Positions 21,388-32,337 of a DNA stretch of 64,000 bases are shown here, piece after piece. Under the pieces are notes generated by a model. The model searched no databases, was not told the origin of the DNA, and saw only the letters and a program-made list of their open reading frames with translations. The first letter of the stretch is position 1, and the number at the start of each line of letters is the position of its first letter. Source of the stretch: Naegleria gruberi (taxonomy: Eukaryota); assembly GCA_000004985.1 (NCBI GenBank), contig GG738870.1, one strand, 5' to 3'. A program made the translations under genes and the position numbers.

Positions 21388-22529
21388 ATGAATCCACGTA
21401 CTACATTTCTTTGCATTACATTCCTCATTGTTTCCTTTTTGCTACACTACTCCCATCAGCAGCTTCCACTCTCTCGTCAATATCAATACAATACTACCCT
21501 AGCTAAGGATGGTAGCTTTGATTTGTTTTGGTCAATTCAGGATGGTGAATTGTACATGGCCATGTCTGCACAAACTAATGGGTGGTTGGCTGTGGGATTC
21601 AACTCATTTGTTGAAAATAATGCTGAAGATAAGGATGTAGATATGAGACTCACTGACATGATTCTTGGATGGAGAGATTCGAGTGGTAATACCTATTTGT
21701 ATGATAGTTATGCCATGAGCAATTCAATTCCAAGTATGGATACTCAATTGTAAGTATGCTTTTGAACATTATAAGTATGAAATATTCTTTCTTTGAATAT
21801 TAACATAATAGAGGAGGAACTGATAATTCAATTCTCATTCAATCTTGGGAAACAACAGGTAGAACCATTATTGAATTCAAAAGAGCACTCGATACCAAAG
21901 ATTCCTATGATGTGGCCATTCTCCCAAATAGAAAACTCATTCTCCTCTATGCCCTATCAGCACAAGATCCAAGCAATAATCAGTACAATTCCTTATCAAT
22001 CCATACCAAGAGAGGTTCAGTAGCAATTCCAAACTTTTGGCCATTACAACAGAATGAAACTCTCTCCGAAAAACAATCCAATATTACCATTTCCAATCAA
22101 ACTAGCACTTCTTCATCTGGTAGTACTTTCAATAGTACTGCTAGCAGTGGAAGTAGTAGTATTACTAATCAAACATCTATTATCTTTCCTCCAATTACTT
22201 TTCCTCCTCAAAACAACAACAATAATAATACTGCTGCTACTACTGGTGGCACAACAACAACACCTCCTCCTCCACCACAACATAATCAAACAATCATTGT
22301 CATTCCACCCTTCTTCCCATCAAGTTCTTCTCCAGTTATTGGAAATAATAATAATAATGGAAATCATAACAACAATGGATCTACACCATCATCATCGGGA
22401 AAGCCTGGCAAAGAAAAACCAATAATTTCCATTCAAATTGCAAGAGCCAACCAATTAGGTGCATCGGGTCCATTATTCATTGTTGTGGCCAATCTTTTCA
22501 TTATGCAAATGTTACTCGCCTACTTGTGA
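21388..22529 (+). CDS. DOMON-domain secreted/GPI-anchored protein with a Ser/Thr/Pro/Asn-rich stalk. It has two exons, 21388..21758 and 21821..22529.
   Basis: The intron is 21759..21820 (GTAAGT…TTAACATAATAG). It joins …SMDTQ|L|GGTDNS… in frame. The protein has a signal peptide, a DOMON-like core (GWLAVGFN, DMILGW) and a hydrophobic C-terminal GPI-signal-like tail. Confidence 0.7.
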
Positions 22530-22846
22530 TAATTTTTTTTTAAATTTTAAAAATTTTAAATACATAACAATAAAAAGTGGCGCGAACAATTTTTCACCAC
22601 ATTTTGATATTCAACGGAAATTAATCTTTGTGCAATTCAAAGTTGCATTTTCACTGCAATTCAAAGATCAAGAGGTGGACCTCGTTGTACAGGATGCCCA
22701 TTCGGAAGCGAAATCGTGTCTATTCCGTAGGTAACCTCCAATTTTTCTGTAACACTCAAAAGCTCATATTTAAAAATCACTCAATTTCTCAAATATAAAA
22801 AAAACAATTCAACAGTTTCGAACAAAACCTGCCGCAAAATTTTAAA

Positions 22847-24040
22847 ATGACAGAAATTATTTACTTTGGTGATTATCAAATGTTTAGAAAATTGAAAGAA
22901 CTTTACAATGTTTCTTCCAATTCTTCCAATAATTCAGAAAAGAAATTGATGATGAAAAGAAAGAAGAAAACATGTTTGGAGAATATTTCATTCATGTTCA
23001 AGGAAAATCACTTTCAATTTCCTCCAAGATTGAACAATAACAATACAAATTATCATGGTTCAAAAAGTCAGAGAATTGTTGATTTTCAATTGGGAGATGA
23101 TTTTGTAATTTGTCAAACTGAATCTACTCAATTATATTTCATTGGATTGTATTCCAATAAGGGAGGAATCAATTATCTTTGTGAACAAATGCCATGTGAA
23201 AAAATTGGAAAGACTGAACTAATCAAATGTTGTTCCAATAAGATTCTTATCAAATCATTGGCTGGAAAGTTTTACATTGCTGAAGTTAAGAAATTAGATC
23301 AGGTACCAATTTTCAAACCAGTTGAAGCTTTTGTAAATACAGTAGTCAATGAAACCGTTAAGGGAGTTCATTTTGGAGAGAATTTCAATTCAGTCTTGAC
23401 TGAGAAGAGTCAAGTTTTCTCTGAGGGAAGATTCATCATTACCAATGACAGATATGGATACGATTGGATTTATCCAGCACCTGCAGATTTGCTCTTACCA
23501 ACAAGTGTCACTACTATTGAAAAGATCTTTGGAGATAATCACTCATTCATGGTTAAGGATGCAAATCCAAATGCTTTGAAAAAGTACTACTTGTATCAGC
23601 AACATTGGAAAAATCAAAATCCCTCACTCGAAGATTGGATTCTCAAATATTTCCCAGAGGAGCATTCGATTACAATTGAGGATGTTATTCCAAATGGATG
23701 TGGAGTTGGATATTTAGTGTTGGTTTCGTTTGGAGATTCTGACTTGAAACGTATTGTCATGATTGGACATAAGGGTGAATTTTGTCAATTCAGCCAATAT
23801 TTGGAAGTATTGGATGAAAGAAATGATTTTTATCACACATTCGATTTTCCTTCCTATTTCTATTCAGTAACAGGTTTTAATGAGGAATTTTCATTTGAAA
23901 ATTGTCATTTCACCACAAATTTCGCCTTATTTGAAATGAAACAAACTGAAAAGTTAAATTTCCATTCTAAACTCTACAAGAATAGTCAATATTCAGATAT
24001 TGAGTTTGTCACACAATCTGAAGGAGAACCATTATTGTAA
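22847..24040 (+). CDS. Hypothetical protein; member of a local two-gene family (paralog of 28419..29717)
   Basis: The 397-aa ORF shares a nearly identical N-terminal 75 aa and a similar C-terminal FPSYFYSVTGF…CH(F/L)T motif with the inverted paralog. Confidence 0.55.
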   Translation: MTEIIYFGDYQMFRKLKELYNVSSNSSNNSEKKLMMKRKKKTCLENISFMFKENHFQFPPRLNNNNTNYHGSKSQRIVDFQLGDDFVICQTESTQLYFIGLYSNKGGINYLCEQMPCEKIGKTELIKCCSNKILIKSLAGKFYIAEVKKLDQVPIFKPVEAFVNTVVNETVKGVHFGENFNSVLTEKSQVFSEGRFIITNDRYGYDWIYPAPADLLLPTSVTTIEKIFGDNHSFMVKDANPNALKKYYLYQQHWKNQNPSLEDWILKYFPEEHSITIEDVIPNGCGVGYLVLVSFGDSDLKRIVMIGHKGEFCQFSQYLEVLDERNDFYHTFDFPSYFYSVTGFNEEFSFENCHFTTNFALFEMKQTEKLNFHSKLYKNSQYSDIEFVTQSEGEPLL

Positions 24041-24078
24041 ATATTGTAATGAATGTATTAAATGTATTAACATTTCAA

Positions 24079-26178
24079 TTAATCTTTCTTCTTTTTGGAT
24101 AGTGAACTGGAGGACTGTGTTGAACTCTTTCTCTTGGATTTCGTTTTTGGTGTGGAAGGCGGCAAATCAACATCCATGTACGCATTGGAAGAGGATGGAT
24201 TATTCGAAAGTAAATTCTCTAATTCAATTTGACTATTTTTTGTTCTTTCAATGATATCGAATATGGAAGAATCGAATATTAAGGAAGTTGAACAACTGTC
24301 AAATGAAGAATTGAGAGAAATTTGATCGAATGAAGTATTATGATGTGCTTGATCGTCTGCAGAACAACCTTCTCCAATACTATTAACATTCTCGGTGGTG
24401 TCATCTAACAAGGAGACAATACAGAGATTTCCAAATTGATCACTCGATGCCAATAAAGTATCCGAAATGGCCAAGGATCGAATAGAACTGGGATGAATCT
24501 TTTCAAATTTGTGAGAATAGTTAGTTTTCTTGTTAGAATTCTCAATGGAGTGAATGGAATTCCACATGTACAAATGTCCATCTCTACAACCAGTGAGCAT
24601 CATGTCATTTCCATAAAATGCTGGAACTATTTGAGTATCCATACATGGATTTGATGAATATTTGTGAATTAGTGATGAAATACCTGTTGGCTTACAATTA
24701 TTTCCTAAATTCCACAATTTACTTCCAAGTTGGGAAGTTGAAATGAGAATTGGTTCGTTTCTAGAATTTTGTAAACAATGTAAATCGAAAATCTTTTCCT
24801 GTGATTTACAATGTGAAATGAAAGGTTCAATATAACGTTGGGACTTGCTATCGAAATATGAATTTTCACTTGTAATGCATGCTTCGCTTCCAAAAGTAAA
24901 TTCTGGTTCTTGTTTTGGAAATTTTCTTTTCTGAGAATTATTTGTCCAATTTCCAAATAAAGTATTTGAAGAATATTGACTATTAGAGTTGGTATCACAT
25001 TCATCATCATCTTCTAATGAATATGCCAAATCAGCTTGAAATTCTACCAAATTATCGTTTTGAATAATCTCAGTAACATAATTCGACATTTTTCTAATGT
25101 CCCACCACTTGATAGAACACGGAAGATCAGTAATAATCGAATCCTTAGATGAAGATGTGAATAATGAAAATTCAGAGTTTGGCATCCAACAGCACGAATG
25201 AACAAACTCTTTCAAATTCACGCTATATATTGGTCGACTCAATTGATTAGACCAAATTTTCAAAGTCTTATCAAGGGAAGTTGAGGCAATTAAATTCTCC
25301 CTCCAATTAGTTTTAACATCTGTAATGTAATTGACATGTTCATTGAAAGTCAATTGTGGTCCAATAATTTGTTTCGAATTGTGTTGTGAAAGGTCATAAC
25401 AGAATAGTGTGGAATCGTCTGAGGCAACATAACAATGTCCATCACTGGTTGTACAAATTCTATTGATAAAAGGTCGTGAAGGAAGTGGAATGAGAGTTGG
25501 TGAAGTGAGTGTGAAATTTGTTGAGCTAGAGTTTACAATGGAATAATCATCTGGAATTTTGTAAAGTTGAATACAACCATCTACATCTCCTCCTAGCAAT
25601 ATTTGATTGGAGAATTGATAATTTCCATTCAAAGACTTGGGAATAAATTTCATGGTAGTCATTGTTCCACAGCTCTTATATTGAAACACTTTGGATTGGA
25701 CATTTGACAGTTTTTCCTTCTTTTTCTTCTTTGTGGTAGCACTTTTAGGTGTCCTAGGCGAAATATCCTCAAGATTCATCAATAAAGAGTCGTGACTTTG
25801 TCTCATTTGTGAAATTCTTTCCAATTGATTCACCATTCTTCCTCTCAAATGATTCCAACAAATTTTCGTATAACTCTCTTCCAAACATTGTGAAGATATC
25901 TGCTTCCCCTTTGATCCGTTCAATATAAACCTATTAAACATGCACACATTTAACAGGGAATGATTCCTTCCACAATTTTCACTAAACTTGTTAAGAAAAT
26001 TCGTTCGGAGTTGATGAGAAGAAGAGATGAAGTCTTCATCCGTTGGTGGAAAGAGCTTTTTGAGTGAGGGATGCTGCTGTTCAATTTTCTTCCTCCTATG
26101 TTGCTCCAATCGTTTGGGAATCACGACTGGCTTGAGAGGTGAATTGAACATTTTTTTAAATAAATTAAAAAAATTCAA
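24079..26178 (-). CDS. WD40-repeat protein
   Basis: The 699-aa ORF has WD-like repeats (…SLDKTLKIWS…, …DGHLYMWNS…). Confidence 0.55.
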   Translation of the reverse strand: MNFFNLFKKMFNSPLKPVVIPKRLEQHRRKKIEQQHPSLKKLFPPTDEDFISSSHQLRTNFLNKFSENCGRNHSLLNVCMFNRFILNGSKGKQISSQCLEESYTKICWNHLRGRMVNQLERISQMRQSHDSLLMNLEDISPRTPKSATTKKKKKEKLSNVQSKVFQYKSCGTMTTMKFIPKSLNGNYQFSNQILLGGDVDGCIQLYKIPDDYSIVNSSSTNFTLTSPTLIPLPSRPFINRICTTSDGHCYVASDDSTLFCYDLSQHNSKQIIGPQLTFNEHVNYITDVKTNWRENLIASTSLDKTLKIWSNQLSRPIYSVNLKEFVHSCCWMPNSEFSLFTSSSKDSIITDLPCSIKWWDIRKMSNYVTEIIQNDNLVEFQADLAYSLEDDDECDTNSNSQYSSNTLFGNWTNNSQKRKFPKQEPEFTFGSEACITSENSYFDSKSQRYIEPFISHCKSQEKIFDLHCLQNSRNEPILISTSQLGSKLWNLGNNCKPTGISSLIHKYSSNPCMDTQIVPAFYGNDMMLTGCRDGHLYMWNSIHSIENSNKKTNYSHKFEKIHPSSIRSLAISDTLLASSDQFGNLCIVSLLDDTTENVNSIGEGCSADDQAHHNTSFDQISLNSSFDSCSTSLIFDSSIFDIIERTKNSQIELENLLSNNPSSSNAYMDVDLPPSTPKTKSKRKSSTQSSSSLSKKKKD

Positions 26179-26393
26179 ATTAGAAATCGTAACGGTAAAA
26201 TTTTTTAAAATGGAACTCTAATAGAAAAAATTGATAGAAATTTGAAATATGAAGTAACACAACAAGTAAGCAATACAACAAGCTGCTTCCAAAACATAAA
26301 AGTACTTTCAAGATAATTTTTCATTAAGATTTTTAATCCATTCAACCACCATCGGAGTGCAGAAGGAATTAAAATAAAAAAAAAATTCTCATC

Positions 26394-26846
26394 ATGAAAT
26401 CCTTCTTAGCCACCTTGTTGGTTTGTCTCTTGATTGCCTACACTGTTAGTGCTCAAAATATGCAATGGAACGTTTGCAAGCGTTTCTCCTCTCAAACTTT
26501 GCAAATTTCTTCCCTCTCAATTTCTCCAGATCCACCACAAGCTGGCAATAATTTGCAAGTCAATCTCCAAGGTACTTTAACCTCACCAATGGGCACAGGA
26601 GCCACTGGTACTGTTGAAGTTCAATATGCTGGTACTCCAATGTATTCCGGTCCTTTTGATCCATGTCAATTCTTGCAAGGATCTAATACTCCATGTCCAC
26701 TTGCTAAGGGTCCAACTACTCTTTCTGTTTCTCAACAAATTACTCCAATGGCTCCTGCTGGAGGTCCATATCAAGGAACTATTATCATCAATGATGAAAA
26801 TAAGAATGTTGTTACTTGTATTGATTTTAATTTCATGATGAATTAA
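26394..26846 (+). CDS. Secreted ML-domain (MD-2-related lipid-recognition, NPC2/Der p 2-like) protein
   Basis: The protein has a signal peptide and the conserved Cys spacing and Ig-like beta-sandwich pattern typical of ML domains, at about 150 aa. Confidence 0.65.
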   Translation: MKSFLATLLVCLLIAYTVSAQNMQWNVCKRFSSQTLQISSLSISPDPPQAGNNLQVNLQGTLTSPMGTGATGTVEVQYAGTPMYSGPFDPCQFLQGSNTPCPLAKGPTTLSVSQQITPMAPAGGPYQGTIIINDENKNVVTCIDFNFMMN

Positions 26847-26995
26847 ATTGTTATTATTAATTGATGAATATGATCAAATATGATATACGGAAGAAATGAA
26901 TATAAATATTATTAATTTATTATTATTATAATTTATAATTGGTATTATGACTGGTTGAGCAATGCAATAATATAACAGTGAGAGTAGCAAAGTAT

Positions 26996-28280
26996 TTATG
27001 GAGATTCATCCACGTCCATTTCTTCTAAATTCTTATTCTTTCTCCTCTCTTGTGAGAATTTAATTTGTCTCTCGAACAAGGCTTTTTCTGGATCATAGGC
27101 ATGTTTGCAAGCATGTTGCATGGTACAGAATTTACATTTAATCATGTCTGGTTTTGCTACAAATTCCTTATCTTCCACAACTAGAGATATTCCACATTTC
27201 AAAAAGTATTGTAAAGTCAAGTTCAGTTAAAGAAAATTAAAATATCGACAACATACTCTTAGTTGCATACTCGAGAATCATATTCTCAGTGGCAGAATGA
27301 TCAAATTTATCATCTGTGAATGAATAGACTTCTCCTGTTGTGAGACAGGTGAGGTTACTCTTTGAAATTGTTTCTCCAAATAATTGTTGGAAAGCATAGT
27401 GATAGATTGATAATTGTTTTTCAAATCCACTCAAATATTTTGGTTTGATAGAGCTCTTATATTCCACTACGACGTATTTAGATTGATCATTTTCATCCTT
27501 CTCAATATCAACTCTATCAAAGATTACAACCAAATCAACGTCTGACGAACCTCCAACACCAGTCAGTACAAAACTTTCTTCGATCAAGACAGGTCTTCTA
27601 TTACCATTCATGCCAAAATGCTGAGCTGCACTATGGCTTTGGAATAGAGATGATGGTGGCAGTAGTATATTGGTCAATTCTCTCTTAATTTGATTCCTAA
27701 GCATTTCTTTGGATTCCTGAACGACATCTTTTGGTACATAGATAGATTCAGCCTTTGCAGATCCAACAACATGTCTATTAAATGTCTTGACAGCTCTCTC
27801 GGTTATGAAATCCAAAAATTCTGGATTTTCAGTCCTATTTGTTCCATCAATCAATTCATTACTCTGTTGTAAAATTCTATTCAATTCCACATCATTTTTG
27901 ATTTTCTTAACAATCTCAGAGGCTATAATCTTGTTATATCCAATGTTTTTAGCAAAATCCACTTCCAAATCCACTCCTTTTGCTGGTCTATAATGAGAAT
28001 AGGCCAGTTTTGCTTTATGATTTGCCTCAGTCAAGAATAATCCAGACTCTTCTTCTACCTTCTCAATTTCCTGATAGACCAAATTATATAATTTAGAAAA
28101 GTGAGCCAAAGATTCATGAAGTGATGATCCCCTAATAATTGGAACTGTTGGTTTCCCCTTTACCTCTTTATCAAGATAACTCAAATAATACCGATGAGGA
28201 CAAGTCATATAAGTGTCCAATTTACTATTATTTCCGATATAATAATTCAGCACAACATTCCGTATCAAATATACTATCAA
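26996..28280 (-). CDS. EXO5/Cas4-family PD-(D/E)xK nuclease with a 4-Cys iron-sulfur cluster. It has two exons, 28280..27257 and 27180..26996.
   Basis: The N-terminus has CPHRYYLSYL (first cluster Cys, Cas4/Exo5-like). A VVEYK (E-x-K) core is present. The C-terminal exon carries CKFCTMQHAC (CxxCx5C). Intron 27181..27256 (GTATGT…CTCTAG, 76 nt) joins …YATK|I|VEDKEF… in frame. Confidence 0.65.
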
Positions 28281-28418
28281 TATATAAATTTACCTATAAC
28301 TCATCATTAACTTCTTTCCTAGTTTTCGCGACATTTTTTTTAAATCAAGTTTTTCTTTTTTCGAATTGGCGCCAAAATTATCCAACCTAATTTCATTCGT
28401 GGATTGAAATGTTATTGT

Positions 28419-29717
28419 TTATTCACTAACACCACTTTGTGTAACAATGTTAATATCCAAATATTGAGTATTCTTTGTCAATGTAGTGAAAAATCTGTTT
28501 TTTTGAATGGATTCCTTTTCGAATAGAATAAAATCATTGGTCAAGTGACACTTTTCCAATGTGAAATCTTCATCAAATCCAGTAACTGAGTAAAAGTATG
28601 AAGGAAAATGATAAATGTGGGCTTTCCAATAGAAACCTCCCTCTGAGGCAACCAAATTCAAGTGTTCACCCAAAGAGTTGTTTTCATTGGTACTAAGCAT
28701 GATGAGAGCATTCTTTCCACTTTCAAAAGAAAGCAAAAACAAATATCCATCACCTGATGGGTTTCCAATAATATTCTTAATGGTGACGGTTTCCTCTGGA
28801 AAAGATCTGTAAATTGCATTATCAATGGCGTCACTGACACAACCCCAACCATTACTGAGATAGTGCTTATTGTTTTCCTTAAATAATAATGTATGATTAT
28901 CAGCAAGTAGCTTTTCCTTATTGAGAAACAAATGGACACAATTATTATCTATAGAATGAGATCCAGTTGGTGCTACTCCTATGAATCCAACAAAATCTTC
29001 TCCAATAACTCCATCAAATATGTCTGGATATTTGAATAAATGATCTACAGGTTTTGGATTTGGGGTTGAATTCAATTTCTCCACATCAGCCACGTAGAAA
29101 TTTTGGGAAAGAGTTTTGATAAGGATTGTTTTCAAACCACATTTCACCCATTCTATTTGTCCCATTTTTTGACATGGTAGTGGTCTACAGTAGTATTTGA
29201 TATCAGCACGACGATTGTTGCTGTTAGATGACTGATTTGAATACAATCCAATGAAATATAATTGAGTAGATTCAGTTTGACAAATTACAAAATCATCTCC
29301 CAATTGAAAATCAATAATTCTCTCATTAATCATTTCATCTTCACTCAATTCCAAAACATGAACAATTGAATCACTTCTATTCAAATCAAATAATGTCAAG
29401 GTTTGACTTGGAAAGAATTCATCTCCATTCCATGTCAATACTCCAATTACATTCTTGAAAACTTTCAATTTTTCAAACAAGACATTGGTTCCGAATTGAC
29501 TTTTTGATCCATGATAATTTGCATTGTTATTGTTCAATCTTGGAGGAAATTGAAAGTGATTTTCCTTGAACATGAATGAAATATTTTCCAAACATGTTTT
29601 CTTCTTTCTTTTCATCAATTTCTTTTCTGAATTATTGGAAGAATTGGAAGAAACATTGTAAAGTTCTTTCAATTTTCTAAACATTTGATAATCACCAAAG
29701 TAAATAATTTCTGTCAT
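28419..29717 (-). CDS. Hypothetical protein; inverted paralog of 22847..24040 with an extra internal segment of about 55 aa
   Basis: The 432-aa ORF is about 97% identical at the nucleotide level over the first ~220 nt to the paralog, then diverges. Confidence 0.55.
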   Translation of the reverse strand: MTEIIYFGDYQMFRKLKELYNVSSNSSNNSEKKLMKRKKKTCLENISFMFKENHFQFPPRLNNNNANYHGSKSQFGTNVLFEKLKVFKNVIGVLTWNGDEFFPSQTLTLFDLNRSDSIVHVLELSEDEMINERIIDFQLGDDFVICQTESTQLYFIGLYSNQSSNSNNRRADIKYYCRPLPCQKMGQIEWVKCGLKTILIKTLSQNFYVADVEKLNSTPNPKPVDHLFKYPDIFDGVIGEDFVGFIGVAPTGSHSIDNNCVHLFLNKEKLLADNHTLLFKENNKHYLSNGWGCVSDAIDNAIYRSFPEETVTIKNIIGNPSGDGYLFLLSFESGKNALIMLSTNENNSLGEHLNLVASEGGFYWKAHIYHFPSYFYSVTGFDEDFTLEKCHLTNDFILFEKESIQKNRFFTTLTKNTQYLDINIVTQSGVSE

Positions 29718-29939
29718 TTCAAGTTTGATTTGATGATGATTGCAATTTCCAAGTGAATTGTTTTTCTTTTAAATTTAAACTATTAAAGGTGTTACACTTT
29801 TTCTTAAATATGTAAATAAGTGAGGTTACACACGGAATAGACACGAGTGTCGATTTGCTTCCGATAACTGCAACTTTGAATTACCTGTAAAACGTTGATC
29901 TGCATTGTGTCTGTCTACTCTAAGTAACCGAACAACATT

Positions 29940-31070
29940 TCAATAGAATTTTCTATGAACAATGCTTGGACCCTCTTCTTGATATTCAAAATCAGTAAGC
30001 CACAAATTCTGAGATGATGAAAAACTAGCCATCAGACTGCCACCAAGCCAAACTGATTCATCACCCAAAGGAGGCGCAACTTTGATCTTGTATTTGTATT
30101 CAGGAAATAGTGAAATCAATTCTTTGGAAATTCTCTTATCCATTCCAGAAAACATCGTTCCACCTCCTGAAAGAATAATATTTGCTCTGAAATCAGCTCT
30201 AATATCAAGATCACTTTTGGTAATTGTGTTACATATTGTTTCAATGATGTTCTCTGATTCAATGTTGAACAGTTTTGGTTGGAAGAATATTTCAGGACAC
30301 TGATATCTTTCACAGTCCAAATTGATGTGATTTCCATCTGGTAATTCAAATATCTTTTCAACAGACTCTTGAGATTCAGAGACTTTTCGATATTCTTCTT
30401 CATAATTGAGAGCTACATAACAAACATTTTCCTTAATATCCCTTGCAATTTCCTTATCTACAAGTCCCTTTTTCGTTACCATCTCCATCATGTAATTAGT
30501 CAACTCTCTACCACCAAAATCCATTCTCAAAGTAGCATGAGGTAATGCACTTCCCTCATACACAGGAACTGAATGAGTTACATCATCACCAGAGTCCAAA
30601 ACTAATCCAGTAGTTCTGCCAGATGCAAATACAGACAAGGCAGCTTGACTAGTCGAATACAAACCCTGTACTCTAAACTTTTCAAACATTATTTCAGTCA
30701 TTTGTTCTCTATCCTTCTTCCGATAGTTTTCTGGAACTCAATAGAACGCCTCTCTGTAAAGAAGGATCCACCTTCATCTCTTCAAATACAAAATTCCAAA
30801 TCATTTCCATATCATCCCAACTTGATATTTTCCTCCCTTCTATTGGCTTTCTCAATATTAAATCTTCTCTCTTTAATTTGGCTACCTCTCCAACAAAATA
30901 ATCAATTCCCAAACAATGTTCTTCTCGTTGATGATTTATTATGTTGTATTCCTAACTTGGCCAATAATTGAAGGAAAAACAAGTCTCGGACCATCCTCAC
31001 CAGAAAATCCAGCTCTTGTCCTATAACCTCCATTGTCTATTACTATTGCTTCGTTATCTCCTGCTATCAT
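29940..31070 (-). CDS. Actin-family protein (Arp1/centractin-like, 50-60% identical to actin). The reading frame is interrupted twice, so it is a possible pseudogene or carries assembly indels.
   Basis: Three collinear actin-homologous ORF pieces sit in three different frames. 31070..30939 encodes [15 protein letters not shown]…FPSIIGQ. About 30905..30760 encodes …GIDYFVGE…WDDMEMIW…VLL. 30790..29940 encodes [18 protein letters not shown]…IVHRKFY. No canonical GT-AG intron of suitable phase fits either junction. Confidence 0.55.
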
Positions 31071-31212
31071 TGTTGATTTTAATTTTTGAAATAAAATTCC
31101 GTTCTGTTTATTGGAACTTTTCATGAGCATGATGAACTTTAGGTATAATTGATTTGGAACAGCTTTGGATTGTTAATAGTTACAAACCATAGCAAATTTT
31201 GCATTTCCAATG

Positions 31213-32258
31213 TTAAAAATCATCTTCGTCCTCATCTTCTTCCTCCTCGTCCTCATCCTCATTATCCTCATCATCCTCATCTTCATATCCATGAATATAA
31301 GTGTCAAAATCAACAAAGTCTCTTCGTCTTGATACTCCTGGCTGATAATCAGACAAATTCACATATCCTTCATTCATTCTTACAGTTGCCTTATTTTGCA
31401 CCATTCCAAGTTGTGGAGCTCTGCAAACAGGACAAGGGAATTTAGAATTATGCGATTTCCACATGTTCAAACATTCGTTGTGAATGTTATTTCCACAAAC
31501 TCTACAGAATTTTGCTGATTTCTGTTCAGCTCCATTAAAACATTCATAACAAATTGGACAATGTGTTTCATCATCAAATGGTCGTCTCTTTTTTTCATCA
31601 GATTTGTCTTCATCATCGTCATTTTCTCCCTTCTCAAAAACTTTGTAAGTTTTTACAACACGTTCATCAGCAGTAGACATGATAGCAGGAGCATGTTCAA
31701 ATATTTGTCTCAATTCAGAAGAAAGAAGAGCATTTTGATAAATCAAATTAGATTTTGGATCAACACGAAGAACTTTCAAGTAAACAAATAGCTATGTCGT
31801 GGACACTTAGTTGACCAAAACTCAAAAATCATTTAAAAACTTACAATATGTTTACACAAATAGCCACCTGCAAAATCAGGGCATGAACAATTTGGTTCCT
31901 TACAAATATTTACAGTGTAAACATTACCAGTAGATCCAAGAACCAAGAATTTTTCCGATAATTCTGTTTTATCCTTTCTCTCAATCAGAAACAATCTAAT
32001 AATAATAATATGAATTCCATATCAATTTAATATTAAATTTGATGACATAGCATTGAATGCATACCTCTGATTCTTGGCTCTCGATATTCTTTCCTTTGTT
32101 TTTCTGCAACAAGTTGATACAAAGGGATGGATTCTCTTCTCCTCAACTTTTCTTTGTTTTATTTCCAAAGATGATGACGATACACTTTCCATCTCTTTCC
32201 TCTTCCTAGTATTGGCAGAGGGTGGAGAAGATGAAGAATTGGTTTCAACTTTTTTCAT
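31213..32258 (-). CDS. SWIM zinc-finger plus RING-H2 E3 ubiquitin-ligase-like protein with an acidic C-terminus. It has three exons: 32258..32065, 31995..31845 and 31791..31213.
   Basis: Intron 1 is 31996..32064 (GTATGC…TTATTAG). Intron 2 is 31792..31844 (GTAAGT…ACATAG). Exon 2 encodes the SWIM motif (CKEPNCSCPDFAGGYLCKH). Exon 3 encodes the RING (CPICYECF…CRVCGNNIHNEC…CPVCR). All junctions are in frame. Confidence 0.7.
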
Positions 32259-32337
32259 TTTTTTTTAAATTTAAAATATTATTAGATTTTATTCACTACA
32301 TTTCAAAACTCTCCTGAAGAGTTTAGGTAACTTTATA

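Noticed and set aside
22054-22425. 123-aa plus-strand ORF (LLLLVAQQQHLLLHHN…) inside the DOMON gene
   Set aside because: It is an alternative frame of the Ser/Thr/Asn-rich stalk region and is a low-complexity artefact.
26996-28280. Reading the Cas4-like nuclease plus the nearby helicase as a CRISPR-associated or prokaryotic defence module
   Set aside because: The context is unambiguously eukaryotic, with spliceosomal introns, actin, formin and eukaryotic-type tRNAs. There are no repeat-spacer arrays anywhere in the window. EXO5 is the eukaryotic member of this nuclease family.
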